64,000 bases of DNA, from the NCBI GenBank assembly GCA_051294375.1, contig CM119265.1:286328-350327 (forward strand), written 5' to 3'. Positions 1 to 11,600 of the stretch are shown in pieces; within the stretch, counting starts at the first letter, position 1; the number at the start of each line of letters is the position of its first letter. Both the position numbers and the translations under genes were made by a program. Under the pieces are notes generated by a model. That model did no database searches and was not told where the DNA came from. It worked only from the letters and a program-made list of their open reading frames with translations. This stretch comes from Paraspadella gotoi (Eukaryota; Animalia; Chaetognatha).

Positions 1-112
1 GTTTTTAAACTCACGTTATTTTCATCAGGCAGGTGACGAAGGACTGAGTTTGTAATTAGGTCGATCAGCGCTGAATTGTTCTTCACCGGATGATTCACTC
101 AGGTTGGCCGCA
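1..112 (-). repeat. F1 3' LTR, U3 end (partial)
   Basis: Follows PPT (113-121) and begins TGCGGCCAACC, similar to the F2/F5 LTR starts. Confidence 0.8.
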
Positions 113-435
113 TGCCCCCCTGTTATAATATATAGTAAAATATATAATAACAATTTGTTGTCGTCCATCGGTATGAGTGAAAGTATGATGTAAAAATTAA
201 ATAATGGGATAATATATACGAATATATACTAATATTGGTCTAATGACCGGTTTTAAACTTGCAAAATTTCACAAAATCCATCGCGAATTCCATAACAAAC
301 AAAAATCCATAAAATATCACTACAACAACAACAAATTTGTAAAACAAGGTTTCTAATATGAATACATAGTTGATTGGCAGTCGGGGCCCGGGAGGAAGAC
401 CGAGGATGCGAGGGAGAAGACGCTCCGACTGTCAA

Positions 436-3400
436 TCAGGCCGACAGGGGGGTTTTGTTTTCCTCTTTTGTCTTTTTGTTGTTGTTTTTGTCATTTTGTT
501 CGTTTTGTTCTTTTTGTCTCTTGAGCATCTCCTTTAGGACCACTGAATAGGTTGGGCGATTTGGACATCTGTTCGAAAAGTTTTCAGTTGTCGGCCTTGA
601 GAATCTTTCGATCGTTGGTCCGATATTCGCTTTTTGTCGATTGTTGTTGTTGTTGTCTTCGTTTTGATTTGACGATGATGAAGCGGTCTCACGTGGAAGC
701 TCGGGAGAATTAGAAGGATCGAGGAAAAAGCGTTGAGCCGGTGCAGGGGTGTTGGGAAGACACTGGGGGTGCTGGGGAGTGTCGGAGGAGTGAGGAGGAG
801 GAGGAGGAGGAGGAGGAGGAGGAGGCGAAGGCGACTTTTCGGGTGACGCAGCTCGCCGGTTTGATGATCTTGTGACTCTAGATGTCGGAGGTGGGATTCG
901 TGTCCTTATTCCGGGTCGACGACCTGCTGGACGTCGTTGGGGATGATCTGAGTCCAATTCCAACGCTTCGTCGCTTACCCAAGCCGGCTTAATTCGCGCG
1001 ATATTTATCGTTTCCCTTCCTGAGCTCGGGATTTCGATTGTGACGTTCAATCCATTTCGATTTATTACTCGATAGGGGCCTTCATATGGTGGAACTAGTG
1101 GCGGATTTACTCCAGCTCGCTTTACAAACACATATTGGGCGGTCTCGAGGTTGCTAGGAAGGTGTATAGTCGGTTGTTGATGGGCCGATGTCGGAGTTGG
1201 CTGTAAACGCGCGACCTCCAGCCTCAATTTCGCCAGTTGATTTTTTCTTTGGCGCTGGAGAGCCTCGTTGTCGTTTTGAGCGTCGTCGAGGATGCATCCT
1301 GGGATGGAGATGCCTTCCCCGAAGACCAGATCGGCGGCGGAGGCGCCGATGTCCTCCTTTATTGTCGTTCTAATGGCGAGGAGTGTCATTGGTAATTTCC
1401 AATACCAATTCTCTCGATTCTCCTTTGCCAAGGCAATTAGCGACTCTTTTAGTCGCCTGTGGAATCTCTCGACAAGGCCATTGGCCTGTGGATGATATGG
1501 AGTAGTCATCTGGTGTCGAATTCCCCATTGCTTGGTCAATTGTTTCCACAGAGATGAGTTAAATTGAGTTCCTCTGTCCGTTGTGATAATTGATGGCGTC
1601 CCGAAGGTACTAATCCAGTTGTGGCTCAGTGCATCGATTATCGTTGTTGTTAAAGTGTCTTGGATAGGGATGGCGGTCGGCCATCTCGAAAAGCGGTCGA
1701 CTATTGTGAGAAGGCTTGTATATCCGTTTGATCTGGGCATTTTGACCAGGTCGAGGTTTATGTGCTGAAAACGTCTCGGTGGCACTTTAAACTCTCCTAT
1801 CGCTGGGACTACATGACGGGTCACCTTGGCTCTTTGACATTCCAAGCAGTCTCTAGCCCACCTAGTGACATCCTGTCGCATACTCGTCCAAACGAATNNN
1901 NNNNNNNCGGCCTTGCGAGTGGCGTCGACGCCGGGGTGTCCGAGTCCATGAATGACGTCGAACACTTTTCGACGCCATGACGCCGGCACGAAGGGTCGAG
2001 CGGGTCCATTCGAAATGTCGACCAGTAAATCCTCGTTGCCTATCTTGATTTTTCTGAAGTTTAGCCCGGATCTCGCTTCTTCAGCGATTTTTTGATAATC
2101 TGGATCCAAGACTTGCTCCTTCGCCATTTTTTCAAAGTCAATTTCGAAACTTGTGAGAGACGCTATCATTGCCTGCGCATCTTCCAGTCGATTCGCTTTG
2201 ATCGATTTTTCCTCTCGATTTGTTGGAGGTGAAGTTGTTGGCGCTGTTGTCGGCGGAGTTGTGATCGATGTCGGCGTCTCTTCCGTTGAGATAGGTGGCG
2301 CTGGTGGCGCTACTGACGATATCGGTGCCGTCGTTTCTCCTGTCGTCGACGGCGATGACGACGACGACGGCGACGACGATAATGGCGACGAGAGTGGTGG
2401 CGATGACGTTGGTGATGGCGCTGTTGTTGTCGTTGTTGGCGTTGGCGACGTTGACGGCGACGACGATGACGACGAGGCCGTTGGTGACGCTGCTGAGGCG
2501 TTTGGTCGTGACAACGCGTCTGCTACGACGTTGGCCTTACCCTTGAGGTACCTAACGTCAGTTGTGTACTCGGATATGACTGATAACTGGTAAGATTGTC
2601 TTACTGTTTGTGGTTCGGACTTCTTTTTTATTGCCGTCACGAGACTTTGATGATCTGTGTACAAAGTAAACGATCGACCTTCTATCCAATGTCTGAAGTG
2701 TCGAACGGCCTTGAATGCTCCAAACAATTCCTTATCGAAAGGCGGCCAAAGTTTCTGGTTCTTAGCGAGTTTGGTTGAGTAAAAGGCCAACGGTTCCCAT
2801 CCTTTTGGTCCTCTCTGTTCCAGGACCGCTCCGACGGCTTGATCCGAGGCGTCGGTCGTGACGCACAGCTGCGCGCCGGTGCGTGGATGATGGAGTAGAG
2901 CGGCGTTGATCAGGCCTTCCTTTATCGCTTCGAATGCTCTTTCGCAGTCTTCCGTCCACTTCAACGCTTTAGGCTTGCCGCTGAGGGCTTCGTAGAGAGG
3001 CGCACATCGATGTGCGACCTTGGCGATGAAGCGGCGATAATAGTTAATCATGCCAAGGAAGCGTTGAAGTNNNNNNNNNNTCGTAGGCCGTGTAGTCTCG
3101 CGAAGTGTTTGAACTCTTTCTGGGAGTGGTCGAACGCCATTCTTATCCACTAAGAATCCCAGAAATTCGAGTGAAGATTGTCCTAGAAGGCATTTTTTCG
3201 TGTTGACGACTAAACCATTGGCGTCAAGGGCCTTGAAAACGTTTTCTAAGTCGCGATAATGCTCTTCTGGCGATGATGAAGCTACCAGTATATCATCTAA
3301 GTACACAAACGTATGAGGTATATCGCCTAGGATTTCATCCATAAGCCTCTGANNNNNNNNNNCGGCGTTTTTAAGGCCGAACGGACATCTGGGGAAAACG

Positions 3401-4316
3401 TACAGTCCAAACGGGGTAATTACCGCCGTTTTCTTTACGTCTTCAGGGCTTACAGGGATTTGATGATATCCTTTCAGGAGATCGATTTTTGAAAAGATAT
3501 TTTTCCCTTCTAGCTGCGAGTTGAAATCCGTGAGCAGTTTCACGGGGTACTTATCGTCTATTGTTTGCGCATTTAGACGACGATAGTCTCCGCAGCATCG
3601 ATATCCTCCGTCTGGCTTTCCTACATACGTGCAAAGGACGACCATTCGGATTTGCCGCGTTTGGCGATTCCAAGAGACACCATTTTTTCCAATTCTCTCT
3701 TAGCGACGGCCAATTTTTCAGGATCCAATCTTCGTGCTCTTGATTGGCATGGTCTCCCTTCTGTCGGAATCGAGTGGGTGACTCCATGCTTTGGCTCTTT
3801 TACTTGAAAAGTTGGAGTCGACAGAGATGGAAAAGAATCCAAAAGCTTATAGAATTTTTCGCCTTGGCGATCGACAAAGTTGACGTGAGTAGTTTGTTCT
3901 GTGACTGTCGCTGCAGCTATAGTGGAGTAATCCTTCAGATCGAGGAGTAGTCCATCACGATGGTTTGGTGCCAAAAAATTTTCTGCCAGAAAATCTGCAC
4001 CCAATATAAACTGCTTCACGTCCGCTACTACAAAATCATAGTTAAATTGACGGTCGCCCAATTGCACGGTCTTGTTGATCGTCCCATAACAGCTAATTGG
4101 TGATCCATTGGCGGCCTGAAGTTTTATTTTCGGGTCTGGACCATCTTTTCGCTGTGATGTAGTTGGAGGAACGATGGAGAGGAGAGCTCCTCCGTCCACG
4201 AGCCACTTAGTTCGATCTCGAGTGTCGCGGATGTAGAGGAGGCTGCTCGTTGACGGTGATTGGGTTGACTCGTGGGGGACGGCGTTCACCGACGGCGCCC
4301 CCCTTTCGAGTTTCCC
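436..4316 (-). CDS. pol: Pol polyprotein (protease-RT-RNase H-integrase), translated via -1 frameshift; one extra frame break near 3621-3645
   Basis: Motifs LVDGGA (PR), DYRRLN/YLDD (RT), TDAS/TDH (RH), HHCC zinc motif and TDRG..ERFHRRLK (IN), GPY. Split over ORFs 436..3645 and 3621..4403. Confidence 0.93.
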
Positions 4317-5368
4317 TCTTTCTTGCGCTTGGTCTCCTCGAACTTGGCGCAGCCTGGCTCGCANNNNNNNNNNTCGTCTCCAAACTTTACATGTTTGTGG
4401 CAAAGCGTCATTAGTTTTGCTTTTGTTTTCCCTTTCTGGCCTTGAAAATTTTTCTTTCTTCCGTTGAAGGCCCTCTTGGGGTTGGCGCCGACTGCATTGA
4501 CGGCGTCGTCGCTCTCTGACTCTGAATCTTGTTGTTCGTTTCGATTTCGTTCAACGTGGCTGATGAGAGATGACGACTGCTTGATTTTGACGTTTCCGTC
4601 GCTGTCGAAATGCTTGTCTGCCGCTTCACACAATTCTTTTGCTGACATGTCGTCGGCCTTTTCCTCGAGTTGTCGACGTATTTCTACCGGAAGCTCTCTG
4701 AGAATCTTTTCCTTCCTCACGTCGTCCAACGTGAGCGTTCTCGTTCGTTCCTCTAGTTGGGCGAGTAATTTCGACGGCTTTAATCCGTCGACGTCGATCG
4801 GGTCGAGTAAGTTGACGGCCTGTTGGCGCCGGGTGAGGCCATACTCCTTTCGGAGGTATTGTAAGAACTGAATCCAAGTGGCATCCGTTGCCTCACCGTA
4901 TAGGAACTGATTGATCCTAGGATCCACCTTGACTCCTATCTTGGCCTCCAAGTGAGCGAATTTGGTCTTAGAGGCGGTGACGCCGGCGCGCGTGTATGCC
5001 GCCTCGACGCGCNNNNNNNNNNTTTCGATGTTTTCTTTATCGAAGTCCGGTAAGTCCGGCTTTCGACTTGCTGCGCGGTCGAGGGCGCGAGTGGCCGCGG
5101 CGAGGGCGGCTCTTAGTTCCTCGTTTTCACCTTGGAGGTCGCGTTGAGTCGATCCATCTGACGCCATGTCGGCGTCGACGAAATTCTCGCTACTTGCCGT
5201 CCTGAAGTTGAAGGTCGGAGCGGCGTCGGCGAAGACCGGCGACGTGGAGCGCGATCTGGCGCCCCTTCCAAAGCCTATGGGGATCTGCAGATTCGTTGCT
5301 GTGTCTCGTTGCTCCTCTGCTGTGCGCTGGGCCGATCGGAGACGAGATCGAAGGTCTGAATCGCTCAT
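4286..5368 (-). CDS. gag: Gag with CHCC zinc knuckle
   Basis: 360-aa ORF with C-x2-H-x9-C-x3-C (CHKH...CEPGC), ending EGNSKGGRRR over the slippery site. Confidence 0.9.
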   Translation of the reverse strand: MSDSDLRSRLRSAQRTAEEQRDTATNLQIPIGFGRGARSRSTSPVFADAAPTFNFRTASSENFVDADMASDGSTQRDLQGENEELRAALAAATRALDRAASRKPDLPDFDKENIEXXXXRVEAAYTRAGVTASKTKFAHLEAKIGVKVDPRINQFLYGEATDATWIQFLQYLRKEYGLTRRQQAVNLLDPIDVDGLKPSKLLAQLEERTRTLTLDDVRKEKILRELPVEIRRQLEEKADDMSAKELCEAADKHFDSDGNVKIKQSSSLISHVERNRNEQQDSESESDDAVNAVGANPKRAFNGRKKNFQGQKGKTKAKLMTLCHKHVKFGDXXXXCEPGCAKFEETKRKKEGNSKGGRRR

Positions 5369-5607
5369 CGAGATCTTTTTGTTCCCGACTTGGCGATTTG
5401 TATGACTCCAGATGTATCGGGGTTCATGAAAAGAGGAGAAAGGGTGTGAGCAATTGGACGATTGCCTAATACCCGATTCCTTCGCCCAATCTTACCTTGG
5501 AAGAGATTGAGATGAGTTGGAACCCCTTCTTGAAGGTTGGTGGGTTCGACGTCGTCCTCACCAAGTGTGGCAAGGCCTCAGAGTGACTTGATCACGTGAC
5601 GAGGGTG

Positions 5608-6433
5608 CCTCTGGTCGACGTTGTTGACGAATGAGGTTGTCGACTTGATTTTCAAGCTGCTTCGTTATCAAAATGCTTGTCGGCTAATTCACAGAGTTGA
5701 GCTGCTGTTAATTCATCTGCCTTCTCTTCAAGTTGGCGCCTGATTTCCGTAGGTAGCTCTCTAATGATCTTCTCTTTTCTCAGATCATCTAGCGTCAGCG
5801 TTCGCGTCTTATCCTCCAATTGAGCGAGCATTTTCGACGGTTTTACCCCGTCGATGTCGAGTGGATCTAACAGGCTGGCCGCCTGTTGTCGTTTTGTCAG
5901 CCATACTCCTTTCGAAGGTATTCGAGAAACGCTATCCATGTCGTCTCATTCGCCTCACCAAATAAGAACTGGTTGATTCTTGGGGTCGACCTTGATTCCG
6001 ATTTTTGATTCCAAATGAGCAAATTTGCTCTTTGGCGATGTGATGCCTGCTCTAGTATATGCTGCTTCGATTCGCTTTATCCATATTTCTATGTTTGTCG
6101 AATCGAAGTCAGGCAGCTCAGGCTTTCTGCTAGAAGCACGTTCCAATGCACGAGTGGCTGCTGCAAGCGCGGAGCGTAGCTCTTCATTTTCATCACGAAG
6201 CTCTCGAGAAGTGGCGCCGCCTGTAGCCATAGCGGCGTCGCTGAAGTTTTCGCTATCCGTCGCTTGAAAATTAAATGAAGGCGATGCGTCGGTAAATATT
6301 GGCGAAGTCGAACGGGATCTTGCTCCGCGGCCGAATCCGATTTGAGGGACCTGTAGACCTGCTGGAGTGTCCTGTTGTTCCTCTGAGTTCCTCTGGCCGA
6401 GCGGAGACGCGATCGAAGGTCCGAGTCGCTCAT
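5608..6433 (-). pseudogene. gag: F2 gag, frameshifted and 3'-truncated
   Basis: ORFs 6089..6433, 5955..6230 and 5652..5939 are consecutive pieces homologous to F1 gag (MSDSDLRSRLRS, KPELPDFD, KFAHLESKIG). Confidence 0.88.
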
Positions 6434-6896
6434 GGATCTATTTCCGGTTTGTGGTCGCTCGTCGATGACGTTTTGGGTCTCGAGTGGCTCGTGCCGTCCT
6501 CGAGTCGATCGTTGACGGCGTCGTTGTCTCCTTACGACGTTGTCGTGCTCCCGAGTCGCTCGTGGATGACGTGGGGATTCGAGTCAGTCGCTGGCGGCGT
6601 CGTGCGTCTAGCCGGCGACGTCTTGGCCTCGAATCGTTCGTCGTCCCCGAGTTTGTCGCTGGCGGCGTCCTTTTGATCTGCCGGCGGCGTCGTGGCGTCG
6701 GGAAGGAGACGCCGGCGTCGTTCTCGTCGTCGACGGCGTCGTTGACTCCGTATTATGTAGATAAAAGGAAGGGAAGGTGTCAGCAAGATTGGGATTAAGC
6801 TTAACCCGATCTCTGCGCCAATCTTACCTCAGGGAATTTTGATGAGCTGGTTCCCTTCTTGAAGGTTTGGCTTTGTCCGAAGTTGGGTTCACCAAG

Positions 6897-7541
6897 TGTG
6901 GCTGGCTCCGAGATGCGTGACAACGTGACGGTGAGGCGTGACACACCGTGACTGGCTGCTAAAGGCGTGACTATATTGATGACAGTCTTAATTAGGCGCG
7001 CGATGCAGGGAAAAGCTTGTCACATGACTTCGATGACTTGTGTTTATCGATTCTTTGTTTTGAGACAAAAATTGAATTACTTGAAGTTGTTTTAAACATT
7101 GTTTGTTTATTTCAAGGTGATTTATTTATGTCGAATTGTTTTAAAATGATTTCTCAATGTCTTAATGTATTTATTACATTATAGAGATGAATAAAAATCG
7201 AGATTCATAATGTTAAGTTAGAACATTTGTATTCGAGATAAAATCAGACAGAAGGGATTTAAAACAGAGAAAACAAAAAGGAGGTAAACAATCAACTGTC
7301 AAATCATTTCTATGGCGGGAAGCCATCTTTTGTTTTAAGAAGATAATCATCTTGTTTTGGGAAAAACAAAAGGCATTCGAATTGAATTCAATCTTTAACT
7401 GAGAATCTAAGCAGTCGATTTTCAGGCCTACTGGTTGGTCTAGAGCTGTAGCTCGAAGCTTACCAGGCCTGAGCTCGATGGTTCGAGTCCCGGTGTGGAG
7501 GAATTATTTCTAATTAAGATTGATTCTCTCAGGTGGCCGCA
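6897..7541 (-). repeat. F2 5' LTR (~645 bp, TG...CA), followed by PBS at 6877-6894
   Basis: Reverse-complement match to 30718-31403. TGCGGCC start abuts telomeric repeat; ...GCCACA end is followed by CT-TGGTGAACCC. Confidence 0.92.
7425..7502 (+). ncRNA. tRNA-like Pol III cassette in F2 LTR (antisense to element)
   Basis: A-box-like TGGTCTAGAG and B-box GGTTCGAGTCC at tRNA-like spacing. Second copy at ~30760-30838 on minus strand. Confidence 0.65.
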
Positions 7542-7650
7542 ACCCTAACCCTAACCCTACCCTAACCCCCTAACCCTAACCCTAACCCCTAACCCCAAAC
7601 CCTAACCCTAACCCTAACCCTATAACCCTAACACTCACTCTACCTACCTC
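7542..7650. repeat. Telomeric repeat (CCCTAA)n
   Basis: Direct reading; lies between the F2 and F3 LTR starts. Confidence 0.95.
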
Positions 7651-8552
7651 CGTAGATCGAACCTTAGTATTTTCAGGCACCAGTTGATCCTCGACCCTTA
7701 ACGCCAAATTCGAATCGATGTTAATATCATTATTTTACTTTTATTTAATATTTAATAAGTTATTAATTATTTCAATTAATACATAAAAACGTCGCGACCC
7801 TGGCCTTGAACTCAGGAATTTCCTAATCCACTCCGTTTATGTCTTAGCCAGAGTCGCACTGAGACAGTTTTAACTCTGTTTCTCTCAAATCTCCCTTATA
7901 ATAATTTCCTTTGCAAATGAAATTGAATCCTTTTGTTTCGTTAAACAAAGGAACACTGGCAAATATCCAATAAGCAGCTGGATTCCCATTTTTATTATCT
8001 TTCTTGTTATTCCAGTAAAGTCTGGAAACCATTTTAATTCCATCAGAGGAAATTAACTCCTTATACATTCGTTATTAATTTCTCTTCCAATCGTTATTCT
8101 CTAATTACTGTTAATTAATTAACTTGATTGTTATTGTTTACATATAGCTATTTGAATTGCTTGATGGCAAAAGCATTGCGAATATCTAATGGCTTTGATT
8201 ATTTTATTCAGGTATTACTTTTAAATCAATTAACCAGCAAAGTTTGGTTTACTTCGTTTTACCTAGCACTAAAACTTTTGCCACGCGGCGTCAAACGCCA
8301 ACGTCAGCGTCAACGCACTTCCGGTTTAATAAAAACTCTTCTGAATCAAGCCAAAATCCAAGCCAAACGTCATCACAATCACGTCAGCGCCTCTAACGCC
8401 TCTTACCGACGCCAAAAGCCGACGCCAACGACGTGCGCCGCCAACTCATCGGCCACGCCCACTCTCTCACGATCGCTTCAATCTCTTCGTTACGTCATTC
8501 TGACGTTAGATGGCGATCTCTACGATCAAGTGAGTTACCTCTACGCATCTCA
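7651..8552 (+). repeat. F3 5' LTR (~900 bp)
   Basis: Direct repeat of 13646-14543, followed by PBS. Confidence 0.9.
7790..7868 (-). ncRNA. tRNA-like Pol III cassette in F3 LTR (antisense) with T5 terminator
   Basis: Minus strand TGGCTAAGAC...GAGTTCAAGGCC...TTTTT. Also at ~13790-13868. Confidence 0.55.
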
Positions 8553-8619
8553 ATTGGTGAACCGCGAACCGTCGACCGCTTTTCCAACCTTCTGAACAAG
8601 CCCATATCCCTAATTCACC

Positions 8620-11600
8620 ATGAGAGACCTCGAGAGACCCGCCAGGCCATCTCGACACGTCTCCAGTCGAACGCTCGCGCCTTCAACAGCATTTGGTCGA
8701 GGGCAGACCTTCTTCGCGAGAACCTCCCAACAAACGTCGTCCGCATAACCTAGCGACGGCCCACTTTCGATTTCCGCCGTCTATCGCCTGGAACAGAAGT
8801 TTTTCAGCGACGCTAACGGCGAGATGGCGTCAACGTCGACTGCAGGAGAGACGGAAGGCTTTACGCTCAGCTCTCCGCGACGGCTCTAGCGCGCTAGAGA
8901 AGAAGAAAAGCCGGACTATGCCCAACTATCGATCCCAAAAATATTGAGATCTGGCTTCGTCGAGTCGAAGCCGCCTATATTAGAGCGAACATAACCGCGA
9001 GGCGAAGGAGAAGTTCGCTGCTACCTCGAATCTAGATCGACGTTCAAACACTAATGCCAGCATTAACGCCTTCCTCTATGGGCGAGCAGCCGGAAAGCGC
9101 GCCTGGAACCAATCCGTCGGAATATCTCCAAAAAAGAAGTAATGGCACCACTCCTCGCAACAGCAAGCTGCTATATTACTCGACGGCTTTAGCCGCGATG
9201 GCCTTCGTCCCTTCGCAGCACCATGCGCCCGCCTCGAGGAAAAAATCAGAGCAGTGTCGAGCACGATTGAAGAAAGAGACAATCGTTAGAGGCTTACCAA
9301 TAGAATCGCGGCGCTCATTGGGAGGGGAAGATCGACGCCTATGTCGGCAATCTGGAATGGCCGACGAGGCGATAAATACTGTCGACGCTGAAGGTCGTTC
9401 CTCGCCTAGCCCGCGCCGGCGTCAACTATAAACGCCGCTACAACTCAATCATCTCGTCGACGAGCCAGACAGCGACGCGACACCGAGATGGAGGTCACGC
9501 CGCGGAGCTCAGCGCCGCGGACCCGGACGCACGGCGCCGAGCCGTGCAAACGGCAACTGGAGGGCGGCTGCCGCCAAACAGCTCGTCAAGTAGAATCTCG
9601 ACCTCAAACTCCAAGTTAAAAGAGCAAATTGTCGTATCACTTAAAGTTTGGCCGATTCTGCTTACAAATGTTGAAAGAGGATGCGCTCGTAGAGGCAGAC
9701 TTAAAAGGACAAGAAAGACGCCAAGATCGGGAAACGCAGTAGCGGGGCAACGCAAGGTTGAATGCGGTGCCTCGCTCGAGCATCCACGCCGATCACCCGA
9801 TTCCTTCCTTCTTGCACGTGGTCGACGCCAGTGACGGAACGCCATTGGTTGGTAGACGCGGAGCTCTGCTCTCGTCATACCTGCAACGACCGGAGCAAAG
9901 AGAAGCGGGGCCGTCCGGATTTTCAACTCCAGGCGGCAAACGGCCAGCCCCATTGCATGTTATGGAGTAATTACATAGGAGGAATAACGCTAGGCCCCAC
10001 GAATAATTTCCATTCGACGTCCTTATGCCGACGTAACTCAGAGTATTCTCGGAGCCGATTTCCCTGCTGCAGAATATTTCTATAGCTCAACCACCGCGAT
10101 GGACTGCTCCTCGACTTGAGGGATTAATCAACCATCCTTGCGCCGTCACTCCGTGGCTCCCGCACCGTCTCACGTCATTTCGTCGATCAGAAGGACGATA
10201 TTTTATTATCAAATTGCTTGATAAATACCGTCCCCTCTCCAAACCAAGCTTCGGCTTAAAGAGCCCAAACATGGGGTGCGTCATCACATCCCAACGGAGC
10301 GACGGCCGCCCCTGCCAAGCCCCGCGCTCGGACGTCCTTCCTCGCAGAAAAGCTGGCCCGTAGCGAAAGAGAACTGGAGAAAATGGCTGGGGCTAGGCAT
10401 CAGCGCAGAGGGCAAAGAGCTCGTGGTCGTACGCCGATCCTCTGCGTCCCAAATCTGATGGAGGATGGCGAGATGTGGAGATTTCCGTCGCCTTCACTCA
10501 AAACGGCGAGACCGACAAGTAATCCGGTCAAACTTCTCGGCTGACTTTAATGCGGAACTACTCCGCCGGAAAGAAAGTTTTCTCCAAGGTGATCTCTTAA
10601 AGGGGATTACCACAGATCCTGTAGCGGACGAGACGTCGCCAAGACAGCCGTAATAACACCTTTTCGGCCTCATTCGCTTCCTGCGGACGGCCCCGTTCGG
10701 CTCCTAAAAACGCGGACAGGAATTTCCCAAAGGATGATGGATGAGATACTTTGCGACATTCCACACACTTAAATGTGTATCCTCGACGATATCCTCGTCC
10801 GTAGTGAATGACGAGGAACAACACGTCCGACCTCGAGATGGTCTTCAAGGCCCTCTCAGACAACGGACTCGTTCGTCAATCGAAAGAAGTGTGTCCTCGG
10901 GAAAAGGTGCCTCGACATTCTTGGGATATCTCGTCGACGCCTCTGGCGTCAAGCCTCTGCTCAAAAGGTCGACGCGATCCGCGCCACAAAAACCCTCCGA
11001 CGACTGTGAAGGAGCTGCAGCGGTTTTTCTTGGGGATGGTTAATTATTACGTCGTTTTCTCCAAGGCGCTCACCAACGAGGCCGCAGCCCTTTACGACGC
11101 CTTGGCCGGTCAACCAAAGCAACTCGTCTGGACTCAAACTGCGCAATCGCCTTCCGACGCCGTTCAAGGAGGCGCTGGCCAACGCGCGCGTTAACTTTCG
11201 ACAATCCTCGAAACAAACGCCCCAGCTCTCTTTGACTCACTGAACGCTGGTCAGATTTTTCGCTGTAAGGAGCAGTTGCTCGAGCAACGGAGGCGCAGCG
11301 GGTGGGAGCCAACTCGCATTTTTTTTCGGACAAACTCGACGAGGGCCCAACGCCGTTGGCCTACGTTTTTTGATCGCGAGTTGTACGGCGCGTTTAGAGC
11401 CGTACGTTCACTTCCGTCACTGGTTAAGGGGCGCACGTTACCCTCTACACGGATTCAAGTCGCTAATTCATGCGCTCTCACAAACGATCAGAGCCTCAAA
11501 CTACACGACAAGACAGATTTTCAACTGTCATCATTTCTGAATTTACCACGGACATCCGTCATGTCCGTTTGGCAAGGCCACGTGGTAGCCCGAACGCCCT

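Larger units (their letters stand above)
1..5607 (-). mobile_element. Ty3/Gypsy LTR retrotransposon family F1 (CsRn1-clade-like); 3' LTR cut by window edge, 5' LTR only a ~40 bp stub
   Basis: gag 4286-5368, pol 436-4316. PPT GGGGGGCA then LTR start TGCGGCC at 112. PBS TGGTGAGGACGACG at 5550-5563 next to LTR end ...GCCACA at 5566. Confidence 0.93.

Noticed and set aside
712-732. FxLxP TRFH-binding motif (FFLDP) in the F1 integrase tail
   Set aside because: Not preserved as FxLxP in F2, F5 or F6; may be chance.
436-1000. env-like third ORF or chromodomain
   Set aside because: Only ~320-340 bp of AT-rich UTR separates the pol stop from the LTR, and the tail is disordered with no chromodomain pattern.
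6484-6798. Arg-rich ORFs in the extended F2 leader
   Set aside because: GACGAC low-complexity sequence, non-ATG starts, absent from other families.
7425-7502. LTR tRNA-like units as self-encoded primers or genuine tRNA genes
   Set aside because: Their 3' ends are not complementary to the cognate PBS, and acceptor and D stems are poor.
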